Shown piece by piece: positions 59,075 to 64,000 of a stretch of 64,000 bases of DNA; position 1 is the first letter of the stretch, and each line of letters opens with the position of its first letter. The position numbers and the translations under genes are program-made. This DNA is from the human T2T-CHM13v2.0 reference genome, Homo sapiens. The stretch lies in NCBI RefSeq assembly GCF_009914755.1, contig NC_060925.1. One strand, given 5' to 3'. The notes beneath the pieces are model-generated. The model was not told the DNA's origin and searched no databases. It was given only the letters and a program-made list of their open reading frames with translations.

Positions 59075-59371
59075 AAAACTTGAGGTTTTATAAAGACATT
59101 TGTATTTATATGATAAAGTTCATACCACTATCTCAATACAAATATTTAATACAACTGTATCAAGACCAGTAATTAAAGTCAACTTGGTAAAAGACACTTG
59201 TCAAATTAGTCATGATAAAGACCACGGTAAAAGATTGGAGGAAAATTATAAAAAACTAAAAGGCTTAAACATTCAAATTCCCTCCAAGTGCCTTTATAGC
59301 TTGCTTCACTTTAAAGAACCTTAAAATTGTAGAGGTTATGGGTACAATCACTCAAGAGAGTTGGCTGATAT

Positions 59372-59770
59372 TCGGCCATCAGAAAAGGAAACCCTGCAAT
59401 ATGCAACAGCATGGATGAACCTTGAGGATATTAAGCTAAGTGAAATAAGCCCATCACAGAAGGACAAAGGCTGCATAATTCCACTTATATGAGGTATCTA
59501 AAATAGACTCATAGAATCAGAGGGTGGAATGGTGGTTGTCAGGGGTTAAGGGAAGCAGGAAATTGTGAGTTGCTAATCAATGAGCATAAAGTCTCAATTA
59601 TGCAAGATGAAGAAGTTCAGAGACCTGCTGTAAAACATTATCTCTATACAGGTATATACAGCAATACTGTACTGTACACTTAGAATTTTGTTTAGGGGGT
59701 AAATCTCATGTTAAGGGTTCTTACCATGATAAAACAAAATTTAAAAATTAAAGAGAAAAAGAATTAAAAA
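59372..59770 (+). mobile_element. L1MA/MB 3'UTR fragment
   Basis: gcaacagcatggatgaaccttgaggatattaagctaagtgaaataagcc...ccacttatatgaggtatcta. Confidence 0.85.
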
Positions 59771-59845
59771 GAGAGAAATAGTCAACTGGCCATTCCAGTC
59801 AGTAGATCTACAGGCAAAGCAAAAGCCTTAGCCCTATATTGAAAG

Positions 59846-59962
59846 ATTGTTATATCAATTGCACATTAATATGATTCCCCTCCTAACTAAAGCTAATAAA
59901 CTAAAGCTAATATTGTTATATCTATTGTGTATTAATATGATTCTCCTCCTAACTAAAACTAA
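59846..59962. repeat. Tandem duplication, period 66 bp
   Basis: attgttatatc..ttaatatgatt.ccctcctaactaaa.ctaa occurs twice. Confidence 0.9.
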
Positions 59963-60467
59963 CCAGTGGTCAGTCCTAACTGACTTGTAGTTAATTATTT
60001 GTTGATGTTTATATATCCAGTTATCTGCCGATCTATAGGAGCCCTGAATATAATTCGTATTTAATGCCAGTTCCTTGCCATTGAGGAACCCACAATCTAG
60101 TTAGACACTAATGAAATGTAAAATGCTTTATAATTCAATTAACATAAAAGTTATCTTCAACTCTCCTCTGAGTGCAATAGTACCAAAGAGAAGACTAGAT
60201 TTTTCAAAATATTTGAGGAACTGTTGTGTCTATTTTCTACCAGGTTTTGTCTGTTACTTCACCAGTTATCTCCTTATATTTCCTTCTTATCAATTCACCT
60301 TCTCACCATAGAGAAAGTTCTCAATTGGTATAAAAGGTATGAAAGAAGGGCTTTGAAGATGAGATTAAATAATAGAGAAAAATCCAGGAGGCAGAAATAA
60401 ATTGAATAAAGGCCTGGGAAGTAGATAGGAGGGTAAAAAGACTTGAATGCATTTGTTCTCATAAACA

Positions 60468-62622
60468 TTTTTTTTTTCTCAAATCTTGATTCTTTTTTTT
60501 TAACTTTTATTTTAGACTCAGGTGAACATGTGCAGGTTTATTATATAAGTAAATTGCATATCATGGGGGTTTGTTATACAGATTATTTCATCACCCAGGT
60601 GTTAAACATAGTACTCAATAGGTAGTTTTTCAATCCTCACCCTGGTCCCGCCCTCTACCTTCCAGTAGGTCCCAAAGTCTGTTGTTTCCTTCTCTGTGTT
60701 CATGTGTACCCAATGTTTAGCTCTCACTTGTAAGTGAGAACATGCAGTATTTAGTTTTCTGTTCCTGCATTAGTTTGCTTAGGGTAACGACCTCCAGCTC
60801 CATCCATGTCCCTGCAAAGGACATGGTCTTGTTCTTTTTAAACCTGTGTAGTATTCCATGGTGTATATGTACCATATTTTCTTCATCCAGTCTACTGTTG
60901 AAGAGCATTTGATTCCATGTTTCTGCTATTGTGAATAGTGCTGTGATGAACATATGCATGCATGTGAATTTATGGTAGAAAATTTACATTGCTTTGGGTA
61001 TATACCCAATAATGGGACTGCTGGGTCAAATGGTAGTTCTATTTTAAGTTATTTGAGAAATTGCCAAACTGTTTTCTAAAATGGCTGAGCTAACTTACAT
61101 TCCCACCAACAGTGTATAAGTGTTTTATTTTCTCCACAGCCTTACCAGCATCTGTTATTTTTTAACCTTTTAATATTAGCCATTCTGATTGGAGTGTGAT
61201 GGTATTTCATTTTGGTTTTGATTTGGATTTCTTTAATAATTAGTGATGTTCAGCATTTTTTCATGCTTATTGGCTGTGTGTATGTCTTCTTTTGAAAAGT
61301 GTCTATTCATGTCCTTTGCCCAATTTCTTTGGTTTTGATTTGGATTTCTTTAATAATTAGTGATGTTGAACATTTTTTCATGCTTATTGGCTTGTGTGTA
61401 TGTCTTCTTTTGAAAAGTGTCTGTTCATGCCCTTTGCCCAATTTCATTTGGTTTTGATTTGGATTTCTTTAATAATTAGTAATGTTGAGCATTTTTTCAT
61501 GCTTATTGACTGTGTGTATGTCTTCTTTTGAAAAGTGTCTATTCATGTCCTTTGCCCAATTTTTAATGGGATTGTTTGTTTTCTGCTTGTTATTTTGTTT
61601 AAGTTCCTTATAGATTCTAGATATTAGAAGTTTGTCAGATGCAGTTTGAAAATATTTTCTTCCATTCTGTAGGTTGTCTCTTCACTCTGTTGATTGTTTC
61701 TTTTGCTGTACAGAAGCTCATTAATTTAATTAGGTCCCATGTGTCAATTTTTCTTTTTGTTGCAATTGCTTTTGGCATCTTTGTCATGAAATCTTTGCCA
61801 GGACCTATGTCCATAATAGTTTTTCCTAGGATTTCTTCTAGGTTTTTTATAGTTTTAGGTTTTACATTTAAGTCTTTAATCCATCTTGAGTTGGTTTTTG
61901 TATATGGTAAAAAAAAAAAAAAAAAAAAAAGGGTGGGGGGGGCGGTCCAGTTTCAATCTTCTGCATATGGCTAGGCAGTTATCTCAGCACCATTTGTTGA
62001 ACAGGAAGTCTTTTCTCATTGCTTGTTTTTGTAGATGTTGTCAAAGATCAGATGACTGTAGGTGTGTGGCTTTATTTCTAGGCTCTCTATTCTGTTGCAT
62101 TGGTCCATGTGTCTGTTTTTGTACCAGTACTATGATGTTTTGGTTATTGTAACTCTGTAATATGGTTTAAAGTCAGGTAACGTGATGCCTTCAGTTTTGT
62201 TCTTTTTGCTTAACCTATTTTTCACTATTCAGGCTCTAAAAGTTCCATAGGATTTTTGAATAGTTTTTTTTTTTTTCTAATTCTGTGAAAAATATCACTG
62301 GTAGTTTGCTAGGAATAGCACTGAATCTATAAGTTGCTTTGGGCAATATGGACATTTTAACAATATTGATTCTTACTATCTATGAGCATGTAATATTTTT
62401 CCATTTGTTTATGTCATCTCTGATTTCTTTGAGCAGTGTTTTATAATCTTGTTGTAGAGATCTTTCACCTTCTTGGCTAGCTGTATTCCTAGATATTTTG
62501 TGTGTGTGACTGTTGTGAATGGGACCTCATTCTTGATTTGGGTCTCATCTTAGACGTTGTTGATGTATAGAAATGCTACTGATTTTTGTAAATTGATTTT
62601 GTATCTTGAAACTTTGCTGAAG
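60468..62622 (-). mobile_element. 5'-truncated L1PA (PA15/16-like) with an intact TSD
   Basis: TSD ttgttctcataaaca at 60453-60467 and 62623-62637; L1 3'UTR and ORF2 antisense text. Confidence 0.95.
61204..61562. repeat. Three tandem copies of a ~118-bp L1 segment
   Basis: Units start at ~61204, 61323 and 61441 (atttc.tttggttttgatttggatttc...cctttgccca). Confidence 0.95.
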
Positions 62623-63756
62623 TTGTTCTCATAAACAAAAACACATAAGTTTTTCAGGCACTTAGGCACCTTAACCTCACTGTCAATGTGCCAAATCTAA
62701 TCAGCAGGCTTGTTTAGCCCACACAGTGGTTTTTTGTTGTTGTTGTTGTTGTTTGTTTTTTTTTTTTTTTTTCTGGAACCAGTTGACATTATTTATTTAT
62801 CCATAGACACATAAATATAGTATCATCTTTATATATCAGACTTCATGCACAGATCAGCAGTTTCTCCTAAAACATCAGAAAGTCCAGCAATACCAGCATT
62901 CCCACATGGCAGCAATGAGCAGATACTTTCCTATATAGCAGCTCTTCCCTGCAGATGAGACAGGATCTCTCCCATATGTTAGGCTCAGCTCACTTCCTGG
63001 TTGCTGGTGAGCCTCACTCACTTATGTTCCTGTGAGCACATGTAGGCAGTTAAGGTTTGATCCTTTTTACCTTGCAGCTTCGTGATACTGGGTCCCCGCC
63101 CTGAAGTGGCTGCAGAAAAATAGGAAATGATCCAGGTGGCAGGTGAAACTCTGCAAAGAAAGGGCCATGAGAATGACACAGAAATACATGCAACCCAGAC
63201 ACCTTTCAAAAATATCATGGGAATCAGTGAAATATTGTGTTGAGGGGAAGGAGAGGCAAGAGATTAATTTTAGAACACCAAGAGAAAGGTGATGGGATAA
63301 TTAGGGAGAAAAACAGAAAGGGATGGAGAAGGAGGAAGAAGAGAGGGAAGGGGACAGGACGAGAGGAAGAAAATATTTATGTAGCTGCTCTGCCAAGCAT
63401 TTTTACATGAGCAGGTTTCAGGGGAATATTGTGAGATAAATTTTGGATGTAGTGAGTTTTGAAGTCAGTGGAACTTCCAGAGATGGTGTCTAAAGGGCAA
63501 CAGACAAGAAAACAGGAAGATCATTTCTTCAACAATTCTTAATAATAAAAGTAATAATGATTAAAACATCTAATCCATATTGAACGTGTACTCCAAGCCA
63601 GTTGCCATGCTAAACATTTCCCATGTATGAGCAATCTTATGTAATCTTCCCAACAATTTTAAGAGGTAACAACAACAATAATAATAATAATAAAGCCAAA
63701 ACAAAGTACAGAGTTACTATGCCAGACATTGCTTTGAAGGTTCTACACATACCAGG

Positions 63757-64000
63757 GGCCAGGCGCAGTGGCTCACGCCTGTAATCCCTGCACTTTGGGA
63801 GGCCGAGGCGGGCGGATCACGAGGTCGGGAGACCGAGACCAGCCTGGCTAACACAGTGAAACCCCGTCTCTACTAAAAATACAAAAAAAAAATTAGCCGG
63901 GCGAGGTGGCGGGCGCCTGTAGTCCCAGGTACTCGGGAGGCTGAGGCCAGAGAATGGCATGAACCCGGGGGGCGGAGCCTTCAGTGAGCCGAGATCGCGC
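63757..64000 (+). mobile_element. Young AluY (AluYe-like), cut by the window end
   Basis: CpG-rich; gggcgaggtggcgggcgcc and gaacccggggggcggagcct diagnostics. Confidence 0.9.

Noticed and set aside
61204-61562. CRISPR-like or other repeat-spacer array
   Set aside because: Head-to-tail units without unique spacers, in eukaryotic L1 sequence.

Overview
AT-rich, CpG-poor primate genomic DNA, probably hominoid (an AluYe-like Alu ends the window). It reads as intergenic or deep intronic. I found no credible protein-coding exon, CpG island, rRNA or tRNA gene. Most ORF-track hits are translations of Alu, L1, Tigger1 or low-complexity sequence. The window is a layered record of transposons: L1PB/L1PA/L1M LINEs, about 14 Alus, Tigger1, hAT elements (MER5A, MER20, MER58 and others), MaLR/ERVL LTRs including a near-complete LTR-internal-LTR MLT1, and old L2/MIR/CR1. 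It also holds a tailless U2 snRNA retropseudogene. I cannot support a new biological system from this sequence. The best observations are mutational scars seen directly in the sequence: (1) a ~55-bp inverted templated copy (52248-52301 duplicated at 53162-53221); (2) a twin-primed, inverted L1 inside a rearranged L1/Alu mosaic (3-9.6 kb); (3) a 118-bp triplication and a possible 15-nt 3' transduction in the L1 at 60.5-62.6 kb; (4) several perfect hairpins; and (5) a 197-codon non-repeat ORF of unknown status. Repeat subfamily names come from recalled consensus sequences, not a database search, and old-repeat boundaries are approximate.
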